Notes: a model not told the origin generated them from the letters alone. Numbered from the stretch's first letter, positions 1 through 9,207 are shown. The stretch is 24,000 bases of DNA from Seminibacterium arietis (GCF_042675725.1 NZ_JBHTJN010000001.1:126706-150705), one strand, 5' to 3'. Made by a program: numbers and translations.

Positions 1-2
1 AA

Positions 3-1010
3 GAAGATAACTTAATTGAAAGAAGAATTCGCCTTGCTATACGAGAGAAAACACCTATTGCAAAATGGTTAAAAATGCTTTCTAAGCAAACAAAACAAAA
101 AGATGAATGGCTGTACTGGCAAGCAAAACTATTACAACAAGAAGGAAAAAATAACCAATCCAACGCTATTTTTAAATCTCTTCAACAAAACTTGGGATTC
201 TATCCAATGTTAGCAGCACGAGAATTAGGAATTTCTTATCGCCCCATTATGTTAGAGTTCTCAAAAAATAGTGAGCATAATATTAAAGTTTACAACTCTC
301 ATCTTGCACTTATCAGCGAATTACGTTATTTCAATCAAATCACTGAAGCGAATTATGAATGGGAAAAAATACTACAATCTGCTAATTTCAAACAAAAATT
401 AGCTCTAGCTCATTATGCAGCACAACAACACTGGTATGACTTACAAGTTGAGGCTACGATCCAAGCCAAAAGCTGGTCTTACATTAGTTTACGTCTACCT
501 AATGCTTACTTAGATCTATTCGAATCATTTTTAAAAGATAAAAAAATCGACCGCACTTTTGCAATGGCAATTGCACGTCAAGAAAGTGCTTGGCAGACTC
601 ATAGCCGTTCACCCGCCAATGCTAGAGGATTAATGCAATTACTCCCAACAACAGCGAAACAAACAGCAAAGAAATTCAATCTACCTTTACCTTATTATCA
701 TATATCGCAACTATTTGATCCATTTTATAACATCATGATAGGAACAGCTCATTTACAAGAACTTTTCAATAAATTTGGTAATAATCGGATTTTAATTGCA
801 GCCGCTTACAATGCAGGAAGTCATAGAGTAGAAAATTGGTTAACTAGAAGTAATGGAAAATTAACTGTAGCCGAGTTTATCGCTTCAATTCCATTTTATG
901 AAACTAGAGGATATGTACAAAACGTACTCACTTATAATTATTATTATCAAATTCTACAAGGACAACCAGCACAAATACTTAGCCAAGAGGAATATAATAG
1001 ATTATACTAG
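3..1010 (+). CDS. slt: soluble lytic murein transglycosylase (Slt70-like), 5' end outside the window
   Basis: The frame is open from nt 3, with no stop before the listed ATG at 75, so the gene begins upstream of the window. C-terminal SLT lysozyme-like motifs are visible: AIARQESAW (catalytic Glu-Ser), ARGLMQLLPTTA, AAAYNAGSHRV. trpR follows, as in E. coli slt-trpR. Confidence 0.85.
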   Translation, partial: EDNLIERRIRLAIREKTPIAKWLKMLSKQTKQKDEWLYWQAKLLQQEGKNNQSNAIFKSLQQNLGFYPMLAARELGISYRPIMLEFSKNSEHNIKVYNSHLALISELRYFNQITEANYEWEKILQSANFKQKLALAHYAAQQHWYDLQVEATIQAKSWSYISLRLPNAYLDLFESFLKDKKIDRTFAMAIARQESAWQTHSRSPANARGLMQLLPTTAKQTAKKFNLPLPYYHISQLFDPFYNIMIGTAHLQELFNKFGNNRILIAAAYNAGSHRVENWLTRSNGKLTVAEFIASIPFYETRGYVQNVLTYNYYYQILQGQPAQILSQEEYNRLY

Positions 1011-1063
1011 CATACTATCACAAAAAGTATTGTCTACTACCATATTAAAAATAGGAAAAAATT

Positions 1064-1372
1064 ATGTATATTAGTCGCAATATGGAACAATGGGATGCTT
1101 TCATTGCAATGATGCGAGAGGCATTTGAGCAAGGTAAAGAACAAGATTTTCTAACTCTTCTCCTGACTGCTGATGAACGTGATGCCGTTGGACTCCGCCT
1201 ACAAATTGTCGCTCAACTACTAGATAAAACACATTCACAGCGAGAAATTCAACATAACCTTAATACTAGTGCAGCAACGATCACAAGAGGATCGAATATG
1301 CTTAAATTAATGCCTGCCGACTTTATAGAATGGATTAAACAACAACTTGATGTCCAAACGCAAAAAAATTAG
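1064..1372 (+). CDS. trpR: Trp operon repressor TrpR
   Basis: 102 aa. [18 protein letters not shown] and the helix-turn-helix segment [21 protein letters not shown] closely parallel E. coli TrpR (LMLTPDEREALGTRVRIV; [21 protein letters not shown]). An AGGAAA SD-like element lies upstream. The position after slt matches E. coli. Confidence 0.85.
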   Translation: MYISRNMEQWDAFIAMMREAFEQGKEQDFLTLLLTADERDAVGLRLQIVAQLLDKTHSQREIQHNLNTSAATITRGSNMLKLMPADFIEWIKQQLDVQTQKN

Positions 1373-2054
1373 TCGGAAAAAATTAACCCTCAGAAAAAAA
1401 ATTTATCGTTGTTTAAGCTATTTTCTTTTGTTTTTCTGTGGAATAACGTTTTTTTTCCGCTTTATCCCTATTCCATTTTCTGCTTATATGGCACAGCAGA
1501 AAATTGTTTCACTGTTAGAAGGAAAATCTATCGATTTGCGTTATAAATGGGTAAATATCGGCAATATTTCAAAACATATGCAATCTGCAGTCATTGCGGC
1601 GGAAGATCAACGTTTTTTTGATCATTACGGTTTTGATTTTGGAGCTATTCAACATGCTTTAAAACATAACAAAAAATCCACTAAAGTTCGAGGCGGTTCC
1701 ACTATTTCACAACAAACTGTCAAGAATCTTTACTTATGGCACGGACAAAATTGGTTTCGAAAAGGCTTAGAAGTCCCTTTAACGCTTTTATTAGAGACAC
1801 TTTGGTCAAAAAAACGAATTTTAGAGGTTTATCTCAACATTGCTGAATTTGGTAAGGGAATTTTTGGAGTAGAAGCAGCAAGCAGACACTATTTTAAAAA
1901 ATCAGCAAAAAATCTAACGCGTGAAGAAGCTGCTCTGCTCGCAGCAGTTTTACCAAACCCCATTATCTTTAGAGTAAATCAACCAAGTGCCTACGTAAAA
2001 CGAAAACAACGTTGGATTTTACAACAAATGCACCAACTTGGTTATCGGCATTAA
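1347..2054 (+). CDS. mtgA: monofunctional biosynthetic peptidoglycan transglycosylase
   Basis: Glycosyltransferase family 51 motifs are present ([43 protein letters not shown]), with an N-terminal membrane anchor. It is collinear with E. coli MtgA. The start could be 1347 or 1350 (MMSKRKK); either way it overlaps the trpR 3' end by about 23-26 nt. Confidence 0.9.
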   Translation: MMSKRKKISRKKLTLRKKIYRCLSYFLLFFCGITFFFRFIPIPFSAYMAQQKIVSLLEGKSIDLRYKWVNIGNISKHMQSAVIAAEDQRFFDHYGFDFGAIQHALKHNKKSTKVRGGSTISQQTVKNLYLWHGQNWFRKGLEVPLTLLLETLWSKKRILEVYLNIAEFGKGIFGVEAASRHYFKKSAKNLTREEAALLAAVLPNPIIFRVNQPSAYVKRKQRWILQQMHQLGYRH

Positions 2055-2092
2055 TTTCAAGTTAAATTAAATTTGTTGGTGTTGTTGTAAAA

Positions 2093-2317
2093 GTGCGGTC
2101 GATTTTTCTTTTTTTTATTGACCCATTAGCAAAACTCGGATCGGTCTATGCTCCTAATATATACGAACAAGCCTTTGAATATACCAATTTAATTAAACGA
2201 GGACACGCCATAATACAACGGCTCACCGCCACACTACAAACTAACGAAAACAACCGCCACTTATTAAAACACATTCAACAATACAACCCAAACGGCAAAA
2301 ACTTGCAATTAATTTAA
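2093..2317 (+). pseudogene. 74-codon open frame without ATG or SD; possible 3' relic of a phage gene, function unknown
   Basis: The frame starts at a GTG that is part of a USS core (2091-2099). It has no internal ATG and no recognisable ribosome-binding site. The tail (RGHAIIQ...RHLLKHIQQYNP) only faintly recalls the C-terminus of P2/HP1-type integrases and lacks the catalytic Tyr. It lies in the phage-relic segment next to the Ogr-like gene. Confidence 0.25.
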
Positions 2318-2358
2318 GAACGGCGTAAATTTAGAAAAATGAAAGAGGAGATACAATA

Positions 2359-2442
2359 ATGGGATTCACATTCGGTTTAGCGGTATTTGCCGTAGTAATG
2401 ATTGGTTGGGCATGTTTTGCTAACCAAGTCACAAAACACTAA
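2359..2442 (+). CDS. 27-aa hydrophobic small protein (single predicted transmembrane helix)
   Basis: The gene is too short for the ORF track. ATG 2359 is preceded by a strong SD (AAAGAGGAG, 2342-2350, 8-nt spacing). It translates to MGFTFGLAVFAVVMIGWACFANQVTKH, with stop TAA at 2440-2442, and is followed 9 nt later by a strong hairpin terminator. Confidence 0.4.
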   Translation: MGFTFGLAVFAVVMIGWACFANQVTKH

Positions 2443-2450
2443 GAATTTTT

Positions 2451-2480
2451 AAAAGCCTGTTTAAAACACAGGCTTTTTTG
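2451..2480. terminator. bidirectional rho-independent terminator shared by the small peptide gene and the Ogr-like gene
   Basis: Stem AGCCTGT (2454-2460) pairs with ACAGGCT (2468-2474) around a 7-nt loop. It has an A-run on the 5' side and a T6 run on the 3' side, so it reads as a terminator on both strands. It sits exactly between two convergent genes. Confidence 0.6.
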
Positions 2481-2756
2481 TTAAACCGCCTCAAGCATTT
2501 TTTTTAAGTGCTGCTTGTCTTGTTCAGAGAGAAGACTGATCACATTTTCCAGCAATCTATCTTTAGACAGTTTAGAGCTTTTCACCACGTGCGAGCGTTC
2601 AAAGTTATATACCTCAGTTTGGCAACATTGCGGATTTTGACAGGTGATATAAATTCTAGCAAAACCGTCAGAAAGAAAATCAGAACGGCGGATAAAACAA
2701 CGACTCCCACACACACCGCACTTCACTTTCAACACATTAGCCATAATATAACCCAT
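2481..2756 (-). CDS. Ogr/Delta-family zinc-finger protein (P2-type phage late-gene transcription activator homologue)
   Basis: KCGVCGSRCFIRRSD...ITCQNPQCCQTEVY gives the C-x2-C ... C-x4-C arrangement and length (about 87-91 aa) typical of P2 Ogr / P4 Delta. Start is at 2756 or at the second ATG, 2744 (MANVLKVKCG...). A TATACT -10-like box lies at 2773-2778 on the minus strand. Confidence 0.65.
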   Translation of the reverse strand: MGYIMANVLKVKCGVCGSRCFIRRSDFLSDGFARIYITCQNPQCCQTEVYNFERSHVVKSSKLSKDRLLENVISLLSEQDKQHLKKMLEAV

Positions 2757-2825
2757 TGAAAAAAAATAAAAAATAGTATAGCATGAGCGAAAAACCGCCG
2801 ACCCATTAATTCACCTAAAATAAGC

Positions 2826-3000
2826 TTATTCCGCCAACCGAGACTTAAACACCACTTTCAAATCATGGTGAATGTCCTGATCGTGGTTGATTGTCTCCGC
2901 AATAATCGCCTGCAGTGGCTCAATTTGCCACTCCAACGTTTAAGTACGAAGAAATCAATTCAGTTTGCTTTGCCTTGCGGATGTGGATAGGTTTGATGAA
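2826..3000 (-). pseudogene. stop-bounded fragments, probably the decayed 3' end of a phage gene upstream of the Ogr-like gene
   Basis: On the minus strand, 2829-2939 reads TLEWQIEPLQAIIAETINHDQDIHHDLKVVFKSRLAE then TAA (2826-2828). It has a stop immediately upstream and no ATG. A different frame is open across about 2923-3039 (..FIKPIHIRKAKQTELISSYLNVGVAN*). GC content is locally higher than the surroundings. I could not make a family assignment by eye. Confidence 0.2.
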
Positions 3001-3004
3001 ATAA

Positions 3005-3031
3005 CCGAGTCCTGTAGAATACAGAACTCGG
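3005..3031 (-). terminator. rho-independent terminator downstream of pcp
   Basis: A 12-bp stem with one mismatch (CCGAGTCCTGTA / TACAGAACTCGG) closes a GAA loop. On the minus strand it is followed by TTATTT. It lies 60 nt downstream of the pcp stop. Confidence 0.6.
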
Positions 3032-3090
3032 CTTTTGAATTAAATCGGTCTAACTTCTGGGACTGATCATTTTTTAATTACATTTAAATA

Positions 3091-3555
3091 TTACTTAATT
3101 ACAGATACATTTACTTTTGATGTCCCAACTAAACGAACTCTCGCTCCAGGTACAAAACTTGGATCCGCTTTTTGTACCACTACGATTTGCTGACCATTAT
3201 CTTTCTTGATTACAAGCTCAGCCGCATTAACTTGATTGATCTTTTCTTCTGCTTTACTTCCAGCAATTGCTCCTGCAATAGCGGCCGCCGCTGTAGCAAT
3301 ATTTCTACCAGAACCACCACCAACGGTAGAACCAATCATTCCACCTAATACACCACCGCCTACAGTACCGATAATACCTTCACTTTTAGCTTGAATTTTA
3401 ACAGGACGCACTGAAAGAATTTCACCATAACTGAAAGCAGTTGTTTGTTTAGCTTGATCGCCTTCATAAACATTACCGCTGTAAATATCTTGATTAGCAC
3501 AACCCGCTAATACAACGCCTGCAAGCACTGCAACTGCTATTTTCATTTTTTTCAT
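3091..3555 (-). CDS. pcp: outer-membrane lipoprotein Pcp (SlyB / glycine-zipper family)
   Basis: The preferred start is ATG 3555 (MKKMKIAVAVLAGVVLAGC, a lipoprotein signal peptide with lipobox LAGC), preceded by AAGAGG. The ORF-track start at 3591 would overlap yecM. It has a glycine zipper (GGGVLGGMIGSTVGGGSG) and a tail (AELVIKKDNGQQIVVVQKADPSF), and its 154-aa length matches the H. influenzae 15-kDa Pcp lipoprotein as I recall it. Confidence 0.85.
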   Translation of the reverse strand: MKKMKIAVAVLAGVVLAGCANQDIYSGNVYEGDQAKQTTAFSYGEILSVRPVKIQAKSEGIIGTVGGGVLGGMIGSTVGGGSGRNIATAAAAIAGAIAGSKAEEKINQVNAAELVIKKDNGQQIVVVQKADPSFVPGARVRLVGTSKVNVSVIK

Positions 3556-3571
3556 ATTAATACCTCTTAAA

Positions 3572-4171
3572 TTAACTATAAGAAATGTCATTTTTTACAA
3601 TTTGTTGAATATCATAAGGATGCACTTTAATTCGCACTGATTGTTCATCATTCGCATACCCTACTGTAATAGAAGGATTCGGTATTTGTTCCCCCTCACC
3701 CTTCGGTTCACTCATTTTGACCTTTAATTTACCCGATTTGTTCCATTGATACAATTGGTTAATACGCAAAATCCAATTTTTCACGGTTTCATTAGTTGTA
3801 AAAGGCAGTACTATTTCAATATGTTCCCAAGTATTTTTGCTATAACGCTTATTTTTAGGGAAAGGTAATTCGATAACGTCTACCCATTGTCCAGCAAATC
3901 GCAATGCATGAGTTAATTTAATTAAGTAAATCATTCGTCCATTAATGATATTTTGACTAAAAATTTCACCACACTGAGCAAATTTTCTTAACCATTGCTC
4001 CGCTATTTCTTGAGTTTCCACCGCTATACCAATATGGTCTATTTTATAATCATGCAAATTAATCCGCATTTCTGTCGCAAGTGCAGTAATTTTTTGTTCA
4101 AATTTAATAAAATCCAGCAAACAATGTTCATTTTGCTGAAATAATGGGTGATCTTGATTAAAACTGTACAT
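3572..4171 (-). CDS. yecM: YecM-family (VOC/glyoxalase-fold) protein
   Basis: Collinear matches to E. coli YecM: NGRMIYLIKL (NGRPICLFKL), VIELPFPKNKRY (VELPWPGEKRY), WEHIEIVLP (identical), SEPKGEGEQIPNP (SSPKGEHERLPNP), KVHPYDIQQIV (KFHPWSIEEIV). It is divergent from argS, as in E. coli. Confidence 0.85.
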   Translation of the reverse strand: MYSFNQDHPLFQQNEHCLLDFIKFEQKITALATEMRINLHDYKIDHIGIAVETQEIAEQWLRKFAQCGEIFSQNIINGRMIYLIKLTHALRFAGQWVDVIELPFPKNKRYSKNTWEHIEIVLPFTTNETVKNWILRINQLYQWNKSGKLKVKMSEPKGEGEQIPNPSITVGYANDEQSVRIKVHPYDIQQIVKNDISYS

Positions 4172-4269
4172 CTTTCTACTATTGTTTTTATTTGTCTAAA
4201 CGTTCAAACAACGTTATTATATGCGATTATTTTAAGTAATAACAAATTTATCAAAAATAGGATTTCCAC

Positions 4270-6003
4270 GTGAATATTCAAAGCATTTTATCGGAAAAAG
4301 TAAAACAAGCGATGCTAAAAGCGGGAGCTGATGAACAATGTGAACCAATGATTCGTCAATCAGGAAAATTACAATTTGGTGATTATCAAGCTAATGGCAT
4401 TATGGCGGCTGCAAAAAAAACGGGGAAAAATCCACGTGAATTTGCTAGCGAAGTTTTACAACACCTTGAATTACAAGGAATTGCAGAAAAAACCGAAATT
4501 GCAGGTCCAGGTTTTATCAATATTTTCTTAGATCAACAATGGTTAGCTACACATCTACAACAGGCTTTAAATGATAAAAATTTAGCCGTAAGTGCAGTAG
4601 AAAAACAAACAATAGTTGTGGATTATTCTTCCCCCAATGTGGCTAAAGAAATGCATGTAGGTCATCTACGTTCAACTATTATTGGTGATGCGGTGGTACG
4701 CACATTAGAGTTTTTAGGACACAACGTTATTCGTGCTAACCATATTGGCGATTGGGGAACACAATTTGGCATGCTGATTGCTTATTTAGAAAAAATGGAA
4801 AACGAGCAAGCTGGCGGTATGGAGTTAAGTGATTTAGAAGCTTTCTATCGTGCGGCAAAAGCTTATTATGATAGTTATGAAATCTTTGCTGAAAAAGCTC
4901 GTAATTATGTAGTTAAATTGCAAAGTGGCGATGAATACTGTCGTACTATGTGGAAAAAATTAGTCAATATTACTATGGAACAAAATCAGCTGAGTTATGA
5001 GCGTTTGAATGTTACTCTCACCAATGCTGATATTATGGGAGAAAGTTTATACAACCCAATGCTTCCTGAGATCGTAATGGATCTAAAAGCTAAGGGGTTA
5101 GCTGTAGAAGATGATGGTGCATTAGTTGTTTATCTTAATGAATATAAAAATAAAGATGGCGAACCTATGGGCGTTATCGTACAGAAAAAAGATGGCGGCT
5201 TTCTTTACACCACAACAGATATTGCAGCTGCGAAATATCGTTATGAAACCTTACATGCTGACCGTGCTTTAGTATTTACTGACACTCGTCAAAGTCAACA
5301 TTTACAGCAAGCTTGGCTGATTACTCGTAAAGCTGGTTATGTACCTGACAGTTTCCAACTAGAACATCGCAATTTTGGTATGATGTTAGGCAAAGATGGG
5401 AAACCTTTTAAAACTCGCACAGGCGGTACAGTAAAATTGACCGATTTACTTGATGAAGCACTTGAACGTGCAGAAAAATTAATCTCTGAAAAATCTACCG
5501 CACTTTCTACAAAAGAACAGCTTTCTGTGGTAGAAGCTGTAGGCATTGGAGCAGTAAAATACGCTGATTTATCAAAAAATCGCACGACAGATTACGTATT
5601 TGATTGGGATAATATGCTAAGTTTTGAAGGTAATACAGCACCATATATGCAATACGCTTACACCCGTATTCGTTCTATTTTCAATAAAACAAATGTTGAT
5701 GAAAACACTTTATCAACTGCTAGTTTTAATTTAATAGATGAAAAAGAGCGAGCATTAGCAGTGAAGTTATTGCAATTTGATGAAGCTGTAAAAACTGTCG
5801 CTAAAGATGCTACCCCACACATTTTATGTGCATATATTTATGACTTAGCGGGGATCTTCTCCAGCTTCTATGAACATTGCCCAATTTTAAATAGCGATAA
5901 TCAAGAACAGAAATTAAGTCGTCTAAAATTAGCTCTTTTGACACAGAAAACGTTAAAACAAGGATTAGATTTACTTGGTATCAAAACAGTAGAAAAAATG
6001 TAG
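4270..6003 (+). CDS. argS: arginine--tRNA ligase
   Basis: 577 aa with a GTG start. It has the class I signature [15 protein letters not shown] (HIGH-type) and is collinear throughout with bacterial ArgS, including the C-terminal anticodon-binding region ending ..GIKTVEKM. Confidence 0.95.
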   Translation: MNIQSILSEKVKQAMLKAGADEQCEPMIRQSGKLQFGDYQANGIMAAAKKTGKNPREFASEVLQHLELQGIAEKTEIAGPGFINIFLDQQWLATHLQQALNDKNLAVSAVEKQTIVVDYSSPNVAKEMHVGHLRSTIIGDAVVRTLEFLGHNVIRANHIGDWGTQFGMLIAYLEKMENEQAGGMELSDLEAFYRAAKAYYDSYEIFAEKARNYVVKLQSGDEYCRTMWKKLVNITMEQNQLSYERLNVTLTNADIMGESLYNPMLPEIVMDLKAKGLAVEDDGALVVYLNEYKNKDGEPMGVIVQKKDGGFLYTTTDIAAAKYRYETLHADRALVFTDTRQSQHLQQAWLITRKAGYVPDSFQLEHRNFGMMLGKDGKPFKTRTGGTVKLTDLLDEALERAEKLISEKSTALSTKEQLSVVEAVGIGAVKYADLSKNRTTDYVFDWDNMLSFEGNTAPYMQYAYTRIRSIFNKTNVDENTLSTASFNLIDEKERALAVKLLQFDEAVKTVAKDATPHILCAYIYDLAGIFSSFYEHCPILNSDNQEQKLSRLKLALLTQKTLKQGLDLLGIKTVEKM

Positions 6004-6040
6004 TTTTTATTCTACTCAATCGATAATAGCTAATAAAAAA

Positions 6041-6060
6041 AGTGCCTCAATTGAGGCACT
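6041..6060. terminator. GC-rich hairpin after argS; its T-run lies on the minus strand
   Basis: Stem AGTGCCTC / GAGGCACT with loop AATT. It is preceded by A7 and followed by ACTCGG on the plus strand, so the canonical hairpin-plus-U-tract geometry exists only for a minus-strand transcript. It probably still pauses or terminates argS. Confidence 0.45.
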
Positions 6061-6262
6061 ACTCGGAAAGCAAAATATGTCGTTGGCTACTGCAGTAGCA
6101 CTTATTCTAACGGCAGATAGGATACCTAATATCCCTAAATTTCGCAAAATAATCTTTTCAATTTTGTGAACCAATTCACGTTTTTATTCAAATCTATTCA
6201 ATTTTTAGTAAATTCAAATATTGTATTGTATAACAGATGCACAAATATTTAGCAGGTTAAGA

Positions 6263-6295
6263 AAGTGCGGTGAGTTTATTTAATCTACCGCACTT
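6263..6295 (-). terminator. inverted Hin-type USS pair acting as the valS terminator
   Basis: AAGTGCGGT (6263-6271) and ACCGCACTT (6287-6295) form a 9-bp or longer stem, 36 nt downstream of the valS stop, followed on the minus strand by TTCTTAAC. Confidence 0.6.
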
Positions 6296-6330
6296 TCTAT
6301 TTTTCAAGTTATGCCTGAATATCGATTAAT

Positions 6331-9195
6331 CTAAAGAGATTCAATTGCATTATATTGCTGTTTGAGTTTTTCAACTCCTTCTAGATACCCTTGCATTTTT
6401 TCACGCTCTTTAGTAATAACTTGCTCTGGTGCTTTATCAACAAAAGATTGATTACTAAGTTTGTTTTCAATCCGAGTAACTTCATTTTGTAATTTTTCAA
6501 TTTCTTTAGTTAGACGAGATAGCTCATTTTCTTTGTTAATAAATCCTGCCATTGGAATTAAAATTTCAGCACTATCAACTAGTTTGGTGACAGAAAGTGG
6601 AGCTTCTTCACCTTGTTTAAGCAATTGAATATTACTTAATTTTGCCATAGATTTTAATAAAGTGCGGTTACTTTCCAAACAAATTTGTTTGTCATCACTA
6701 ATATTACGCAGTAATAGATCTAGTTCTTTACTTGGTGCAATACTGCTTTCAGCTCGAATATTACGCACTGCCACAATAATCTCTTTTAACCATGAAATTT
6801 GTTGTTCAGCAACTTCATCAATAGCATGTTGTTCAACTTGTGGAAAAGGTTGTAGCATTATAGTATCCGCTTGCACACCTGCAAAATCTTTTACTTTCTG
6901 CCAAATTTCTTCAGTGATAAAAGGAATAACAGGATGAGCCAAACGAAGCAACTTTTCTAATATTTTAACTAGCGTACGGCTTGCACCACGGCGTTGTGCA
7001 TCAGTACCTTTGAAAAACACAGGTTTAGTCAACTCTAAATACCAGTCACAGAACTGATCCCAAGTGAATTCATAAATTGCATTTGCTACAAGGTCAAAGC
7101 GATATTGCGAAAGTGCAGTACGGAACGTTTCCACCGTACGATTGAATTGGCTTTCAATCCAACGATCTGCCAAACTGTATTCCACTTCGCCTTCGCTTAA
7201 ATCTAATTTTTCGTTAGTCAACACAAAACGACTTGCATTCCACAATTTATTGCAAAAATTTCGGTAGCCTTCTAATCGTTTCATATCCCAATTAATATCA
7301 CGACCATTACTTGCAAGTGCTGTAAGGGTAAAACGTAAAGCATCTGTACCATGTGCTGCAATGCCATTAGCAAATTCTTTTTTAGTTGCTTTAGATATTT
7401 TTTCTGCAAGCTGTGGTTGCATCATATTCCCCGTGCGTTTTTCGAGCAGATCTTCGAGACTGATACCGTCAATCATATCAATAGGATCTAGCACATTTCC
7501 TTTTGATTTTGACATTTTTTGACCTTGTTCATCACGAATCAATCCAGTTACATACACGGTTTTAAATGGTACTTGCGGTTTGCCGTTTTCATCTTTTACA
7601 AAGTGCATCGTGAACATAATCATACGAGCGACCCAGAAGAAGATGATGTCAAAGCCCGTAATTAATACATCAGTCGAGTGAAACATTTTAAGTTCTTTCG
7701 TTTGCTCTGGCCAACCTAAAGTAGAAAATGTCCATAGAGCAGATGAAAACCAAGTGTCCAACACATCTTCATCTTGGCGAAGAGCAATATTAGAATTTAA
7801 CTTATATTTTGACCGCACTTCGTCTTCATCACGAGCAACATATACATTTCCAGCATCGTCATACCATGCTGGAATGCGATGTCCCCACCATAATTGGCGA
7901 GAAATACACCAGTCTTGAATATCACGCATCCAAGAGAAGTAGAGGTTTTCGTACTGTTTCGGCACAAATTGGATTTCGCCATTTTCTACTGCTTTGGTCG
8001 CCACCTCCGCAAGTGGTTTTACACTTACATACCATTGATCGGTTAACATTGGCTCAATAGGTACACCGCCACGGTCGCCATACGGTACTTTTAAGTCGTG
8101 CGGTTTAATTTGCTCTAAAAGACCAAGCGTTTCAAAATCTGCCACAATTTTTTTACGAGCCGCAAACCGCTCTAAACCTTGATAATCTTTTGGAATAAGT
8201 GCGGTATAATTTTGCAATGGTTTACCATCTGAACCAATAATTTCAGCTTCAGCACGAATATCCGCATTTAACGTCATCACATTGACCATCGGCAAGCTAT
8301 GACGTTTACCTACTTCGTAGTCATTGAAATCGTGAGCAGGGGTAATTTTTACTACACCTGTACCAAATTCACGATCCACATATTCATCAGCAATGATTGG
8401 AATTTCACGGTTTGCTAGTGGTAACACCACACTTTTACCAATTAAGGCTTGATAGCGTTCATCTTCGGGGTGAACAGCAACTGCGGTATCGCCCAGCATG
8501 GTTTCAGGACGTGTAGTCGCTACCACTAAATAATCCAAGCCATCCGCAGTTTTCGCACCATTCGCTAGCGGATATCGAAAGTGCCAGAGCGATCCCTTGC
8601 TTTCTTTGTTTTCCACTTCTAAATCAGAAATTGCGGTGTGTAGTTTTGGATCCCAATTTACCAAGCGTTTTCCACGGTAAATTAAGCCTTCTTCGTGAAG
8701 ACGAACAAACACTTCCTTCACTGCATTGGATAAACCGTCATCCATCGTAAAGCGTTCACGATCCCAGTCAATCGAGTTGCCTAAACGACGCATTTGCTGA
8801 CCAATCGTGCCACCTGAGTAGGCTTTCCACTCCCAGATTTTGTCGATAAAGGCTTCACGCCCATAATCGTGGCGAGTCTTGCCCTCTTCGGCGGCGATTT
8901 TCCGTTCCACTACCATTTGGGTCGCAATCCCTGCGTGGTCTGTTCCCGCTTGCCAAAGGGTATTATTCCCCTCCATACGGTTAAAGCGGATCAGCGTATC
9001 CATCAAAGTCTGTTGGAATGCGTGCCCCATATGCAGGCTCCCCGTTACGTTCGGCGGCGGAATCGCGATACAGTAGCTCGGTGCATTAACATCTTCGCTC
9101 GGTTTAAAATAGCCTTGCGATTCCCAGTGTTGGTAGAGCGCTTGCTCTACGGCGGAAGGGTTAAAACGGTCTTCCATTGTGAATTGTTTTGTCAT
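6331..9195 (-). CDS. valS: valine--tRNA ligase
   Basis: 954 aa. It has the HIGH-type motif [14 protein letters not shown], the KMSKS motif (QKMSKSKGN), a CP1 editing domain ([13 protein letters not shown]) and a C-terminal coiled coil. It is a full-length collinear ValS. Confidence 0.97.
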   Translation of the reverse strand: MTKQFTMEDRFNPSAVEQALYQHWESQGYFKPSEDVNAPSYCIAIPPPNVTGSLHMGHAFQQTLMDTLIRFNRMEGNNTLWQAGTDHAGIATQMVVERKIAAEEGKTRHDYGREAFIDKIWEWKAYSGGTIGQQMRRLGNSIDWDRERFTMDDGLSNAVKEVFVRLHEEGLIYRGKRLVNWDPKLHTAISDLEVENKESKGSLWHFRYPLANGAKTADGLDYLVVATTRPETMLGDTAVAVHPEDERYQALIGKSVVLPLANREIPIIADEYVDREFGTGVVKITPAHDFNDYEVGKRHSLPMVNVMTLNADIRAEAEIIGSDGKPLQNYTALIPKDYQGLERFAARKKIVADFETLGLLEQIKPHDLKVPYGDRGGVPIEPMLTDQWYVSVKPLAEVATKAVENGEIQFVPKQYENLYFSWMRDIQDWCISRQLWWGHRIPAWYDDAGNVYVARDEDEVRSKYKLNSNIALRQDEDVLDTWFSSALWTFSTLGWPEQTKELKMFHSTDVLITGFDIIFFWVARMIMFTMHFVKDENGKPQVPFKTVYVTGLIRDEQGQKMSKSKGNVLDPIDMIDGISLEDLLEKRTGNMMQPQLAEKISKATKKEFANGIAAHGTDALRFTLTALASNGRDINWDMKRLEGYRNFCNKLWNASRFVLTNEKLDLSEGEVEYSLADRWIESQFNRTVETFRTALSQYRFDLVANAIYEFTWDQFCDWYLELTKPVFFKGTDAQRRGASRTLVKILEKLLRLAHPVIPFITEEIWQKVKDFAGVQADTIMLQPFPQVEQHAIDEVAEQQISWLKEIIVAVRNIRAESSIAPSKELDLLLRNISDDKQICLESNRTLLKSMAKLSNIQLLKQGEEAPLSVTKLVDSAEILIPMAGFINKENELSRLTKEIEKLQNEVTRIENKLSNQSFVDKAPEQVITKEREKMQGYLEGVEKLKQQYNAIESL

Positions 9196-9207
9196 TGTTG
9201 TTCTCTG

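Noticed and set aside
1011-1063. Possible TrpR operator upstream of trpR (inverted ATACT...AGTAT).
   Set aside because: It lacks the CTAG cores of the TrpR operator consensus (GTACTAGTTAACTAGTAC). The short AT-rich inverted repeat is not distinguishable from chance.
2508-2759. 83-aa plus-strand ORF overlapping the Ogr-like gene.
   Set aside because: It is antisense to a frame with a clear zinc-finger family signature, and its own translation has no recognisable features or SD.
2865-2990. 41-codon plus-strand ORF (MVNVLIVVDCLRNNRLQW...).
   Set aside because: It has no SD and is antisense to the more protein-like stop-bounded tail on the minus strand. It is most likely a shadow frame in the GC-richer relic.
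2062-3048. att-like direct repeats flanking the phage relic (AATTAAAT at about 2064-2071 and 3038-3045).
   Set aside because: An 8-bp A/T-only match in AT-rich intergenic DNA is expected by chance. No integrase and no tRNA target support a site-specific insertion.
3556-3591. N-terminal extension of pcp (MTFLIVNLRGIN) given by the ORF track.
   Set aside because: It would overlap the yecM 3' end and place 12 residues ahead of a canonical lipoprotein signal peptide. ATG 3555 has an AAGAGG SD and gives the expected 154-aa lipoprotein.
5337-5585. 82-aa ORF antisense to argS. The same reasoning covers 9395-9610, 12061-12261, 12622-12807, 13417-13644, 18200-18388, 20513-20878 and 23009-23209.
   Set aside because: Each is nested in, or overlaps, a confidently assigned gene. 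Most are antisense. 12061-12261 is on the same strand as holC but out of frame. 12622-12807 overlaps the fumC start. None has translation signals or family resemblance.
8091-8102. Broken USS (AAGTCGTGCGGT), and one-mismatch USS-like 9-mers at 8473, 8593, 12633, 15365, 17650 and 22457.
   Set aside because: These are degenerate copies expected in a USS-rich genome. They were excluded from the count of exact cores and carry no separate significance.
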